From the NCBI GenBank assembly GCA_963754655.1, contig CAVWGN010000001.1, positions 1,856,001 through 1,920,000 on the forward strand: a stretch of DNA of 64,000 nucleotides, given 5' to 3'. The position numbers and the translations under genes were made by a program. This DNA comes from an uncultured Chlamydiae bacterium (GTDB lineage Bacteria; Chlamydiota; Chlamydiia; Chlamydiales; Parachlamydiaceae). The notes beneath the pieces are model-generated. The model was not told where the DNA came from. It did no database searches and saw only the letters and a program-made list of their open reading frames with translations. Each line of letters opens with the position of its first letter. Within the stretch, counting starts at the first letter, position 1. Below are positions 20,994 to 31,442 of this stretch, in pieces.

Positions 20994-22349
20994 CTAAGCT
21001 TCTTCTTGCGCTAAAGAACTCATACGACCTTTTAGCATGGCGACTTCTTTGGAAAAATCGCAATTTAAGTCATAGGTTTGATTAAAATTTTCAAAAAATT
21101 CTAAAAGCCTTTTGTGTTGCTTTAATAAGCTAATCTGCGTCAAATAACAAATCTTTGCCGTGTCTTGAAGACAATAAAGGAGAGGCCGACTATCCAACTC
21201 TTTTAAGCTCATATAACCGCCAATATTGCACTCATAATGAGTACAATGAGGAAGACCTCGCATATGGCCAAATTCATGAGCAGCAATTTTCATCATGCGT
21301 AAAAGACAAGTTTGAAAAGCTTGGGAGTTAGAACTGGGATCACCAAAACGGGCATTTGACCAAATCCCTACACCGTTTATTAATGAGGCGCATCCAAAGA
21401 CAAAATTTGTCAATTGAGTTGCATATAAATCTTCATTCGTAAAGGCAATGATTTGAGGATTTTTTACATTCTCATCTTTCAAATCGGGAATGAGCGCGAT
21501 TTCCATTAATTCAATTGCCACATCTGCATTATATTGCCCATTTTTACGAGGAAAATCTAGTTTCATTCTTTCTTCAATAAATTGGTGCCAATGTTGAAGT
21601 GCATCCCTTCTTCTTTTTTCTTTATCAGTAGCACATGGTTGTTGTAAAGTTTCTTGAGACACCTTTAAGTATTGTGTCTTGAGCTCTTCCATTGTTAAAA
21701 TATTCCGACAGAATTGAATGGGAAGGTTATGGAAAATATGCAAGTAATCGGTTGTGATGGAAATGATCTTTAAATCAATGTCACTAAATAGCCCAAGCCG
21801 TTGAATGTGAATAGGTCGATGATCGGGCCAACATTTATCATGTCCTTGAATATAATCGTCAAGCGTCTGGTTATACTCTCCAATTTCTTTTCCATACTCT
21901 CTCCAAGAGTGGGGCAATGGATCGGGCAATGTCTTATCTAAATGTTGAACACACGCACATTCATTTTGAATAAATTTGGTAAATTCTTCTTGCCCTTCTA
22001 GGACCGGTTCTTCTTCGATCTCTTCTAGCTCCTCTACTGCATCCATATCTTGATTAGAATCAATCTGATACCGATTGTGAAGAAGAACTCCTTGCCATTC
22101 ATCTTTCTTCCACCATTTCACAGCTAAGGCCAATAAGATAATGGGAAATGTTAAAAGAGCCCCTAAGGATGCTAAAATTCTAAGACCAAGAGAATGCGTT
22201 TTGATATCTGTTTCATTTTCATTTTCATCTAAAGGAAAATGACGTCCATTGCAAACAACTCTTAAACAAGCTAAGCTATCATCAATCTTTTGGAGAAGAT
22301 AAGACTTATTTGGATAATCAATAGAATCAATAACTGAGAAATTAATCAT
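20994..22349 (-). CDS. Archaemetzincin-like (M54) zinc metalloprotease with N-terminal hydrophobic segment
   Basis: HEFGHMRGLPHCTHYEC...ELDSRPLLYCLQD; FVFG motif; TM-like ILASLGALLTFPIILLALAV. Confidence 0.8.
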   Translation of the reverse strand: MINFSVIDSIDYPNKSYLLQKIDDSLACLRVVCNGRHFPLDENENETDIKTHSLGLRILASLGALLTFPIILLALAVKWWKKDEWQGVLLHNRYQIDSNQDMDAVEELEEIEEEPVLEGQEEFTKFIQNECACVQHLDKTLPDPLPHSWREYGKEIGEYNQTLDDYIQGHDKCWPDHRPIHIQRLGLFSDIDLKIISITTDYLHIFHNLPIQFCRNILTMEELKTQYLKVSQETLQQPCATDKEKRRRDALQHWHQFIEERMKLDFPRKNGQYNADVAIELMEIALIPDLKDENVKNPQIIAFTNEDLYATQLTNFVFGCASLINGVGIWSNARFGDPSSNSQAFQTCLLRMMKIAAHEFGHMRGLPHCTHYECNIGGYMSLKELDSRPLLYCLQDTAKICYLTQISLLKQHKRLLEFFENFNQTYDLNCDFSKEVAMLKGRMSSLAQEEA

Positions 22350-22470
22350 TTAAAAAACCATATATTCATTTATTTATAAAATAAAAATTAAACAAATTAC
22401 ATAATTACAAAATTTACAATTTTAGGATACTAAAATTAAAAATTCTAAGGAATAAATGAAGGATCAAAAA

Positions 22471-23508
22471 TTACGATGATTCGCAACCTTCTATACAACT
22501 TTCCGCTTGAAAATAAGGTAGATGAAAACCATATTGCCAACCCTGGTGATACAGAGGCAATACAAATTCAAGAAAAGACTCAACGCTACAACAATTAGAA
22601 GTTAGAATGATTTTGCGTTGCTCAAAGAGCCAGGCATTTCCTTTGAAAAGAAAACCAAATAATTGTTTAATTTTATTTAGCTTTCCTCTTAAAGTCATTT
22701 CAAACGGGATATCTTCTATGAACACATTTAGAAAAGTCATAAAATTTTCCCAACGTCGCTGATAAGGAATGCCAGAAAAATGGGCTTTAATTTCATGAAA
22801 AATAAAGGGATTGATCACACTTCCACGGCCAATCATCAGGGCATCGCAACCAGTTTGCTTGAGCATATTCAACGCATCTTGCATAGTTAAAATATCCCCA
22901 TTTCCTACTACGGGAATTTTTAGCACTTGTTTTGCCTCGGCAATAAGATCCCAGCGAGCAGGTGGACCATATCCATCTAATTTGGTACGAGGGTGAAGGG
23001 TTAGAAAGCGAATTCCACTGGATTGAGCAGCTAACAGATTCTCTTTGAAAAGGGAAGTGTCATTAAAACCCGAGCGCAATTTAGCCGTGACAGGGACTGA
23101 AACAGCCTCTACCATAGACTTTGCAACTTGATAGAGGTGCTCGGGTTCCTTTAGCAAACTTGAGCCCGCTCCTCTGCCTGTCACTGTTTTAGATGGACAG
23201 CCGCAATTAAGATCAACCCGCGGTGCTCCCCGCTTCACCACTTCCTTTGCCATATCAGCCATTAAATGGGGATCAGATCCCATCAGTTGCGCCGCTTGAG
23301 GAATCGGATGAGTTTCATCTGCCACATAACGTTTCGCTAAGCTCATGACATGGGCATTCGTAGGAACGCGCATAAACTCCGTACACGCTTCATCAAACCC
23401 TCCTATCGCAGCCATCGCACGACGAAATGCTCGATCTCCCACCCCTTCCATAGGAGCCAAGAGAAGATAGGGACAGCCATGTTCATTTTTAGGGAGAATA
23501 GAATGCAT
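22471..23508 (-). CDS. tRNA-dihydrouridine synthase family protein
   Basis: LAPMEGV, DLNCGCPS, GAGSSLL, HPRT, GNGDI, MIGRG. Confidence 0.9.
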   Translation of the reverse strand: MHSILPKNEHGCPYLLLAPMEGVGDRAFRRAMAAIGGFDEACTEFMRVPTNAHVMSLAKRYVADETHPIPQAAQLMGSDPHLMADMAKEVVKRGAPRVDLNCGCPSKTVTGRGAGSSLLKEPEHLYQVAKSMVEAVSVPVTAKLRSGFNDTSLFKENLLAAQSSGIRFLTLHPRTKLDGYGPPARWDLIAEAKQVLKIPVVGNGDILTMQDALNMLKQTGCDALMIGRGSVINPFIFHEIKAHFSGIPYQRRWENFMTFLNVFIEDIPFEMTLRGKLNKIKQLFGFLFKGNAWLFEQRKIILTSNCCSVESFLEFVLPLYHQGWQYGFHLPYFQAESCIEGCESS

Positions 23509-23655
23509 ACAGGAAAGCCAATTAAAATTATAAATATATTTGTTTATCACATAAAAATAAAGAATTATAACACGTATAATAACAGTTATTTGTTTTAATT
23601 TTACTAAAAATTACAGTAACAGCACTTCCCATTAAGAAAATGCTTTAGGGTCGGA

Positions 23656-24088
23656 TGTTTTTACTAAAAATATTTGATACTTGCAGCCTTCAGGCTGCAT
23701 AACACAACTCGCTCATAACTGGGCGTTGCCTTGGTCTATTGCACTTACAGCTGTCATGGTTCAAAAAGAGAGAATTTTGGGTAACATGTTTATGCCGTCC
23801 TTTCAGGACTCGATGTCTTTTTTGATAGAACCCAGGCCTCCGCTTCGCTGCGACCTGGGCTGTAACATGACGGCCCTTCAGGCCTTAACAAAAAGATGAT
23901 TTAGGGACTATAGAAGAGAGACTTAAAACTCTTGTTAAGGCCTGAAGGGCCGTCATGTTACAGCCCAGGTCGCAGCGAAGCGGAGGCCTGGGTTCTATCA
24001 AAAAAGACATCGAGTCCTGAAAGGACGGCATAAACATGTTACCCAAAATTCTCTCTTTTGAACCATGTCTTACAGCCCTTCAGGCTGA
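23656..24088. repeat. Composite repeat: family-A palindrome (23755..24067) nested in a family-B REP arm
   Basis: About 137-bp near-perfect arms 23755-23891 / 23932-24067; flanked by direct CTTACAGC (23744-23751, 24069-24076); outer sequence matches 39602-39710. Confidence 0.9.
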
Positions 24089-24130
24089 TTGCTTTAAGGT
24101 AGCTCAGGCGTGTCTTAAAAATGCTAGACT

Positions 24131-25669
24131 TTAATTAGAAAGTTCGTAAATGATCGCTGTCATTTGTGCTTGATCCTCAAAAGTTGCTAAAACATCTTGA
24201 ATTTCGGATACTTGACCATTGTTAATGGTGATCATAAATTGTAAAAGATGGCCATTTTTACCCATGATATAACCTGCTAATGCTTGAGCCGCTAAAAATA
24301 ACTCTTGCGTTGCCAGATTCTCATACATTCCTGTACCCGTTTTAGCGTAGACTTTTCCCACTACTTCTGTCGTTTTGCCAAAGTCTGCTAATGATCCATC
24401 AACTCCCAAAATAGGTAAAGCCTGGTAAAATTTCTGAAATTGGTCTGCAGGAAGGCGGTAAATATAATCTAATAATTTTATCGTAGCTTGCGGAGTTAAA
24501 CGATTATTCTCTCCTCCAGCAGCATCCGTAAAGACAAAATTTCCTCGAGTAATCTTTGCCTCTTCTTCAATAAATTGACCAATAAGAAGCATACCCTCGT
24601 CAAATGTTTTTTTTCCTTTTTGAGCTGCGAGCAATAAAGGGATCCAATTGGCTCCTGTGTTGAGGCTTACCTTGAGAATAAGTTTGGCATACTCTGAGAG
24701 TGGTGGAGAAATCCACAAGGCGACTGGCTGCATATTGCGATAATCCTCTTGGGAAGGGAGCTCTGGCGCTTTTTTTTCATCAATACGGATCTTCACGCCT
24801 TGATTGTGCAAAGCTTGTATCCATGCTTGGCGCGCAAAATGCTGAGGATCTTTGATGGAAAATGTGCGGACAACCTCTTTTTGATCAAGTGGGATTGTTC
24901 CCTCTACCACCACCTGTCTCCCCAATTCATCAGAGGTGACTTGAATTTGAAAAGCTCCTTTTTCCACTGTTTGCACATGATTTACCACAGTATAACCTGG
25001 AACCTGCGGCCACCAGGAAAGTTCTGCTGTTTGATTAGACTGAGTAGGATTGATCACGATGTCGATCAAATTTTCATTAATCATAAGAGGAGTGATCTTG
25101 ATTCCCCTTGAATCTGTCTCTTCAAAAAGACGGTTATCTACAAGAATATTTCCATTGACTTGTGTAATGCCTTTTTCACGTATTTGTTTTGCAAGTTCAT
25201 TTATTCCATGTAAAGGATTTTGTTTTGTCAATCCTGCACCTGGAAGCATATTGGCATAAGAATGGTCGATTTTTGTAAAAGAAAGGGTATCCCCTGTTTG
25301 CCTTGCTCCCATCGTAAGATCTCCCTTTCCAACCAGAATCAAATCTCCTTCAAGAATTCCATTTTGAAGATCTCCTTTCAGATAGACAGGGGTTTTAAAG
25401 CGGTAAGAATCTCCATAAGCATGCAGAAAAGCGGCGACTGAATACACCTTAGTGACTGATCCTGCAAGGAATAATTGATTTGAATTCAAGTCAACAATCA
25501 CTTTTCCCGTTTCTGAATCTTTAGCCAATATTCCCCATTGCGCATGTTGATACTTAGGTTGTTGCATAATCTTAAGCATTTTTTCAGGTAATGGCTTTTC
25601 TTGACCTTGTAGAGAGTAACAAGTCCAAACATTTAACAAACAAGCAAACAAAAAATTAGGCCTCATCAT
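24131..25669 (-). CDS. dacB: D-alanyl-D-alanine carboxypeptidase/endopeptidase (peptidase S13, PBP4)
   Basis: SVTK (SxxK), SLN (SxN) and KTG motifs; signal peptide. Confidence 0.9.
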   Translation of the reverse strand: MMRPNFLFACLLNVWTCYSLQGQEKPLPEKMLKIMQQPKYQHAQWGILAKDSETGKVIVDLNSNQLFLAGSVTKVYSVAAFLHAYGDSYRFKTPVYLKGDLQNGILEGDLILVGKGDLTMGARQTGDTLSFTKIDHSYANMLPGAGLTKQNPLHGINELAKQIREKGITQVNGNILVDNRLFEETDSRGIKITPLMINENLIDIVINPTQSNQTAELSWWPQVPGYTVVNHVQTVEKGAFQIQVTSDELGRQVVVEGTIPLDQKEVVRTFSIKDPQHFARQAWIQALHNQGVKIRIDEKKAPELPSQEDYRNMQPVALWISPPLSEYAKLILKVSLNTGANWIPLLLAAQKGKKTFDEGMLLIGQFIEEEAKITRGNFVFTDAAGGENNRLTPQATIKLLDYIYRLPADQFQKFYQALPILGVDGSLADFGKTTEVVGKVYAKTGTGMYENLATQELFLAAQALAGYIMGKNGHLLQFMITINNGQVSEIQDVLATFEDQAQMTAIIYELSN

Positions 25670-25692
25670 TTTTTATCCTTTTCATGTTGATA

Positions 25693-27438
25693 TTATTGAT
25701 TTTCTTCCATTCCAAATGTAAAAGCATAAGCTTGAATTCCCTTAGGAACATCAAGCGTCAAAAGATGACGTCCTCCTTTTCCTTTTAAATCGACAACGTC
25801 ATATTTACGTGGATCTTTGACTGTAATTTCCCCTTTAGACCCCATATCTGATGTCCAAAAAGAAGAAGGTAATGGTTTCCCATCTAACTCAACTTTTATT
25901 GGCAAAGGACTTTTGCCTCCTAAGACGAGATAAACACGATTCGCTTGAAAATTTAAACTCAATTGAGCGTTATTCGAATCAGATGTGATGTGTTCCGCGT
26001 CAATTGTCCAGTCTCCTTTGAGTCCTAGTTCATTTGGTTTTAAGACATCCTGATAATCATAATGAGCCATTTTGTTGCGAACAATGTGAATGTCAGGAGT
26101 GTAAGCAACGGCCCTTTGATAGCCCAGATAGGTTTCAGGCGTTAAGCTTGTCCTATCAGTGGTGGCTTTTTCTTCTTTTTCTTCTTTAAGTAGAGGTAGA
26201 TGGAGAAGAGAGCGAATGGCATTTTCTGTTTCAAGATAATCTCCTTCTCCAAAATGGACTTCTCTAACAATTCCATTTTGATCAATTAAATAATGTGCTG
26301 GCCAATAAGAATTATAAAAGGCTTGCCAAATCTGATAATGATTATCCATGGCAATCGGATAAACTAAATGAAACCGCTCTACCGCTTTTTTGACATTATT
26401 TTCATCTTTTTCAAACTCAAACTCAGGAGTATGTACGCCGATAATGATGAAATTCTTATCTTTATAGATCTCATTCCAACGTCGAAGATAAGGAAAAGTT
26501 CGAATACAATTGATGCAGCTATAAGTCCAAAAGTCTATCAGTACAACTTTGCCTTTCAACTGATCGAGGGTTAAAGGAAGTGAGTTAATCCAGGCGGTTG
26601 CCCCTTGCAAAGGAGGCGCTGGAGCAATATAAGGCAGAGAGTGTGCTTCCTGGCCATTGGTTTTTTTTTGAGGCTCAACAGTGAATGGAGAAGGACCTCT
26701 CAGTTTTTGAATTTGCTCTTGAACCCAAGCATTTTTTTCTAATTGAACACTGGGAATATAGTCCAAAATAGATTGTTGAAAGACGACATCCCAATTCAAG
26801 GCAAGAGCAATAGCAGTTAAAATCATTAAAGCACCAAAAACCTGGCGAATTCTTTCTGTATGCTTGGCAATTGATGGCACACGTAAGGCACGCTGTCCCC
26901 CGTAAGCAATCATCAAAAGGGGTACAGCGGCTCCTAAGCTATAAGCGATCGTGAGTAAAATCACTTCTAAACCGACTCTTTGTGTTGCGACCAAAGTCGT
27001 GATGGCAGCCAGAATAGGTCCTGCACATGGAGTCCAAACAAGACCAAGGGCCAAGCCTATGATCAATCCTCCCATAAATCCTGAACGTTGCGTTCTTGAG
27101 CGAGCCTGAAGCCGTGTGCCAAAATTGGCCAAAGAATCTGTGAAAATGGCAAATTTTTCACTCAAGATGGGAATCAACAAGATCATGCCAAAAAATCCGA
27201 TGAATGCAATGGCAATGTAACGCAAAACATTCGCTGACAATCCCAAGGATTGAACAAGAGTCGTTAATGTCAAAGTAAAGAAGACAAAACTCATGATTAA
27301 ACCAAGAATGACTCCTATCGGACGTCCTTTTCCCCCACTTGCACTAGCTGATAAGATAGCTGGTAAAACAGGCAGAATACAAGGTGATAAGACTGTTGCA
27401 AGGCCTGCTAAAAAAGCAAAAATCAATAATAATAACAT
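25693..27438 (-). CDS. dipZ: Cytochrome c biogenesis protein DipZ (CcdA + thioredoxin-like + C-terminal domain)
   Basis: LSPCILPVLP, WTPCAGP, DFWTYSCINC, GVHTPEF, TPETYLG. Confidence 0.9.
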   Translation of the reverse strand: MLLLLIFAFLAGLATVLSPCILPVLPAILSASASGGKGRPIGVILGLIMSFVFFTLTLTTLVQSLGLSANVLRYIAIAFIGFFGMILLIPILSEKFAIFTDSLANFGTRLQARSRTQRSGFMGGLIIGLALGLVWTPCAGPILAAITTLVATQRVGLEVILLTIAYSLGAAVPLLMIAYGGQRALRVPSIAKHTERIRQVFGALMILTAIALALNWDVVFQQSILDYIPSVQLEKNAWVQEQIQKLRGPSPFTVEPQKKTNGQEAHSLPYIAPAPPLQGATAWINSLPLTLDQLKGKVVLIDFWTYSCINCIRTFPYLRRWNEIYKDKNFIIIGVHTPEFEFEKDENNVKKAVERFHLVYPIAMDNHYQIWQAFYNSYWPAHYLIDQNGIVREVHFGEGDYLETENAIRSLLHLPLLKEEKEEKATTDRTSLTPETYLGYQRAVAYTPDIHIVRNKMAHYDYQDVLKPNELGLKGDWTIDAEHITSDSNNAQLSLNFQANRVYLVLGGKSPLPIKVELDGKPLPSSFWTSDMGSKGEITVKDPRKYDVVDLKGKGGRHLLTLDVPKGIQAYAFTFGMEENQ

Positions 27439-27587
27439 GCAATTTTCCTTTAATCTGCTAACAAGATTTAATCTCATTAGGAAGCAAAATAATTTTTTTT
27501 AAAAGAGAAAATTAAAAAAAAGAATTTGATTATTAAATATGTTGTATTAGAGAGTAAGATTGAGCACACACAAATGCAGGTAACGCT

Positions 27588-28658
27588 ATGAGTAAAAGAT
27601 ATACAATTGCTTGTTGTTTATTAGCAGTAGAATTCATTTGTTCTTCTCTTTTATTTACCCAACCGGTTCTTACTCAGCAGGAACAAGAAGCAGCTCTTAA
27701 CAAAGGAAACCTACGCATTGATGATTTTTCAAAGAAAATGCAAGCTTTTTATGAACTAGGACATCAAGAAAAATGGCGAGATATTACAGAAAAAGTGTTG
27801 GCCAGCCCTGATACCGATGAAAGTAGCAAAGAGTCTATTCGTTTGTATCAAAGACGCATTGTCGTCTTCAAATATCCAAGCGACAACCTTTGGATAAAAG
27901 GATTTATTAGTTTTACTCCTCATCCTATTGATCATCCTCTTCTGATTCTGTATCGATGGGGAAATGCAAACTTTGCTCTTATGAATCCTGGGATTATCTT
28001 CGCAACATATAAAGATTATACAGTCATTTCTTCAACTCTTCGTGGTGGAGTCAGTGAAGGAAAGGATGAATTTGGCGGAGCAGATGTCGATGATATGAAA
28101 AATTTAATGAATTTTATTCCTCAATTGGCACAAGAATTAGGAATTGAGCTTCATCCTTCCTGCGTTTTTATGCTGGGACCCAGTCGAGGAGGACTTGAAA
28201 TGTTTCTTACTCTGGCTCATTTTCCAGAATTACAAAAACGAGTGAATAAAATTGTCGCTCTTTCAGCTGCTTTGGATTTACATCAATTGATTCATGATCG
28301 ACCCAATGACATGAAAGTGATGCTTGAACGTCAATATGGTTTGCAAGAAGGAGTAAAGGGAGAAGCTTGGATCGCAAAACGCGATCCGCTTAATACTGTT
28401 TCCTTTTTAAAACGGTCTCTTCCCATCCTCATTGTCCAAGGAACAGCTGATAATCGTATTAACTTAGCTGAAGGACGTCATATGGCTCAAGCATTACAAC
28501 AAAGCGGCCATGATATTAATTACTGGGAAATCCAAGATGGAAACCATGCGTTACTCAATCATCCCTATATTATGAATGATATTGCTCATTGGCTGGAATC
28601 TAATTCACCTTGCATGTCCATTCATCTTTCGAGACAAAAAGGGAAGGAGCTAGAATAA
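27588..28658 (+). CDS. Alpha/beta hydrolase, prolyl oligopeptidase (S9) family
   Basis: DEFGGADVDD, GPSRGG nucleophile, QGTAD, GNH; signal peptide. Confidence 0.8.
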   Translation: MSKRYTIACCLLAVEFICSSLLFTQPVLTQQEQEAALNKGNLRIDDFSKKMQAFYELGHQEKWRDITEKVLASPDTDESSKESIRLYQRRIVVFKYPSDNLWIKGFISFTPHPIDHPLLILYRWGNANFALMNPGIIFATYKDYTVISSTLRGGVSEGKDEFGGADVDDMKNLMNFIPQLAQELGIELHPSCVFMLGPSRGGLEMFLTLAHFPELQKRVNKIVALSAALDLHQLIHDRPNDMKVMLERQYGLQEGVKGEAWIAKRDPLNTVSFLKRSLPILIVQGTADNRINLAEGRHMAQALQQSGHDINYWEIQDGNHALLNHPYIMNDIAHWLESNSPCMSIHLSRQKGKELE

Positions 28659-28747
28659 AACTCCTTCCAGTTGAATCACAGAACGCAAGTACCTTGATTG
28701 ATAGAATATTTTATTTGATCGTAATAGGCTTTCAATAGGAAAGCTCC

Positions 28748-30931
28748 CTAGAAAAAAAACGAGTTTTTGGTCCTTTTACAGCACACAGTAGTCGTCACTG
28801 GCTTGCTTTTCAAGCCATTAGATCCAATGGCTATGAGCTTATAGACATACTTTCTATGAGGATGTGGATTATGATCGTTATAGTGATGACAGGACTTTGC
28901 AGGAATTCTGGCTATGAGTTTGCCATTGCGGTATAAAAGATATTCGACAACATGAGTTGTACTACTCTCATGACCAGCTCTCCATTTCAGTCGATTAATA
29001 TGATCAGTTTGAGTAGCAAACTTATTTTTTAATGCTATTCCTTGAAAATATATTGGAGGACTAGGAGGAGAGAGAGGTGGTGGGACTGGGATAGTTAAGA
29101 CAGAGGTGATATCAGAGACTAATGCTGTATTAAGTGCACCGCCTCCAAATGCAGAGCCTGTATTGGTAACACTTGGTGCTGTACTGTCCACTATTACCTT
29201 AAAGGAAATGGGTGGGAGCATTTCTGTTGGAGAAACTGTAGCTGTTGTCGTCGCTGTGATTGTTTGCCCCGTTACTGTGAACATCCAACCAGTTCCTGTT
29301 AAACTTCCCGAAACAAAGGTTAGGCTACTAGGCAACACATCTGTAACAGTGATTGTTCCACTTGTCGAAGCGCTTCCGCTGTTGCCAACCGTTAGTGTAT
29401 AAGTCCCCATTTGGCCTACAATGAAAGTACTGGGAGAATTTGTCTTTGTTATTGTAAGGATCGGTGCAATTGGTATAACGGAAGTTATATCACTGACAAT
29501 CGCGGTATTGATTGCACCCCCTCCAATTGCAGTAGCTACATTGGTAACAAATGGCACTGCTGCGCTGCCAACAGACACCTCGAAAGACATTGGTGGGGAT
29601 ACTCCGCCTGGAGGAATGACAACCGATGTCGTCGCTGTAATTGTTTGTCCAGTTACGTTGAATGTCCAACCCAATCCTGATACACTTCCAGAAACAAGGG
29701 TTAACCCATTAGGTAACACATCTGTTACGGTGATTGTTCCACTTGTTAAAGCACTAAGACTGCTATTGCCAACTTCTACTGTATATGTTGCCGTTTGACC
29801 CATTGTGAAATTACTTGGGGAATTGGTTTTTGTTATTGTAAGAATCGGCTCTGTTGGATTTGCGGCTATCACTAGGACTGTATCAAAGGCTGTTGCTGTA
29901 TTGGTTGCGCCACCTCCAGTTGCAGTTGCTATATTGGTAACACTTGGCACTGCATCACTTCCGACCAACACCGACAATGTAATGGACGGAGCGACTCCCA
30001 GTGCGGAAATTTGAGTTGTTGTCGTAGCTGTGAATGTTTGTCCCGATATGGTTATTTCCCAAGCAGTTCCTACGCCAGATACAGGTGTTAAACCAGTAGG
30101 CAACGTGTCTGTAACAGTAATCGTTGAACCTGCTGTGGTTGGGACAGTTCCGATATTGCCCACAATCAATGTAAAAGTCTCTGTTTGACCTACAATAAAT
30201 GGAGAGGATGTATTCTTTTTTAATAGAGTAAGAAAAGGGAAAGGAGGAGGAGGAGGGTTTGGTTGTGCCGTGATCAGATTGTCATCCAAGGTGACCGCAC
30301 CAGTTATTGCAATGACAGAACCGAGGACTGAAGCACCGGTAGTTACAGTAACGGATATGTCTGCAAGAATGTTACCCTGAAAGGCTGTCGCAGTGCCAAG
30401 GGTAGCGCTGCTTCCTACCTGCCAGAACACATTGTGGGGTACACCTCCGTTAATCATAACGACGGCAGAACCCGTGGCTGTAGTCAAAGTTGAACCAATT
30501 TGAAAGACGAACATTGCATTAGGGTTATCCTGGGCATCAAGGGTGAGCGTCCCTGTGAGTTGTGCTGAAGATGAGAAGAAATAGACGCCAGGGCCTAACG
30601 TAAGTCCGCCGAGATCTTGGCCCGTAAGCACCTCAGTGAGTGTCAGGCTAGCAGCTGTAGTATAAGCTGTATGTGCGTCGGATTGTGCAGTGACGGCAAT
30701 AGGATTGCTGCCTGTGAATTCACCCCCTGTATATATTCCAGGAGGAAATCCAGTAATTGCAGTACCTGGAGAAACCCCCAAGTTACCAGTAATTATAGTG
30801 TTTCCTGTATTAGTAACTGTCGAAGCTCCAAGAACCCCGAAAGTCGCTGCAGATCCCAAGTCAACTTGGGAATGTAGAAAAATAGGAGCTAAACAAATCA
30901 TCATACTCAATAAAAAATTTTTCATTGCCAT
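28748..30931 (-). CDS. Secreted DUF3494 ice-binding-domain protein with three DUF11/Ig-like repeats and C-terminal FN3-like domain
   Basis: LGSAATFGVLGASTVTNTG...LGPGVY...NVFWQVGSSATLGT...FQGNILA; three repeats LTITKT...ITVTDxLPxxLT...VTN; Pro linkers. Confidence 0.85.
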   Translation of the reverse strand: MAMKNFLLSMMICLAPIFLHSQVDLGSAATFGVLGASTVTNTGNTIITGNLGVSPGTAITGFPPGIYTGGEFTGSNPIAVTAQSDAHTAYTTAASLTLTEVLTGQDLGGLTLGPGVYFFSSSAQLTGTLTLDAQDNPNAMFVFQIGSTLTTATGSAVVMINGGVPHNVFWQVGSSATLGTATAFQGNILADISVTVTTGASVLGSVIAITGAVTLDDNLITAQPNPPPPPFPFLTLLKKNTSSPFIVGQTETFTLIVGNIGTVPTTAGSTITVTDTLPTGLTPVSGVGTAWEITISGQTFTATTTTQISALGVAPSITLSVLVGSDAVPSVTNIATATGGGATNTATAFDTVLVIAANPTEPILTITKTNSPSNFTMGQTATYTVEVGNSSLSALTSGTITVTDVLPNGLTLVSGSVSGLGWTFNVTGQTITATTSVVIPPGGVSPPMSFEVSVGSAAVPFVTNVATAIGGGAINTAIVSDITSVIPIAPILTITKTNSPSTFIVGQMGTYTLTVGNSGSASTSGTITVTDVLPSSLTFVSGSLTGTGWMFTVTGQTITATTTATVSPTEMLPPISFKVIVDSTAPSVTNTGSAFGGGALNTALVSDITSVLTIPVPPPLSPPSPPIYFQGIALKNKFATQTDHINRLKWRAGHESSTTHVVEYLLYRNGKLIARIPAKSCHHYNDHNPHPHRKYVYKLIAIGSNGLKSKPVTTTVCCKRTKNSFFF

Positions 30932-30958
30932 TTACCTGAAGTTTAAATTTTCTCAATT

Positions 30959-31126
30959 TACACTCTTTTCGATCCCCTAGACCGATTTTGGAGTGATGGT
31001 GGTGGTCTCAGCTGCACGAGATCGCACTGGGATCAATAATTAAGAAATAGGAACCCCCAGCGATCTCGTGCAGCTGGTACGCCACAATCACTCCAAAACC
31101 GGTTTTAGTGGACCGGAAAGAGTATA
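30959..31126. repeat. Imperfect long inverted repeat upstream of the ice-binding gene
   Basis: CAGCTGCACGAGATCGC / GCGATCTCGTGCAGCTG and TTTTGGAGTGAT / ATCACTCCAAAA pairings. Confidence 0.75.
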
Positions 31127-31442
31127 CCTCTGCGTAGTTCTTATGAAAGAAGACCTACTCTGAAGGAACAAGTATCAATTTCAATAGATAAACCACCTTA
31201 ATTAAAAATTCTAGTATATAGTATAATGAACCTAGCCGGTTGTTCTAATGGCTTAAATTTGAGTTGTTTACAATTTGATGGCTTGTCTTTTAGCAAATAG
31301 GGGCTAAAAGATAAGAAGCCAACCATATGCAAGATGTCTATTCAATCCGAGGTTTCTCAAAAAAACAATTGACAATATTTTTTTTTAAGTTAAATTAGGG
31401 ATTGACTCAAGCATGAGATAAAATGACTTTAAAGGAGAAATT

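Noticed and set aside
29106..30980. Several plus-strand ORFs opposite the DUF3494 gene
   Set aside because: Antisense frames kept open by Thr/Val/Gly-rich codon bias.
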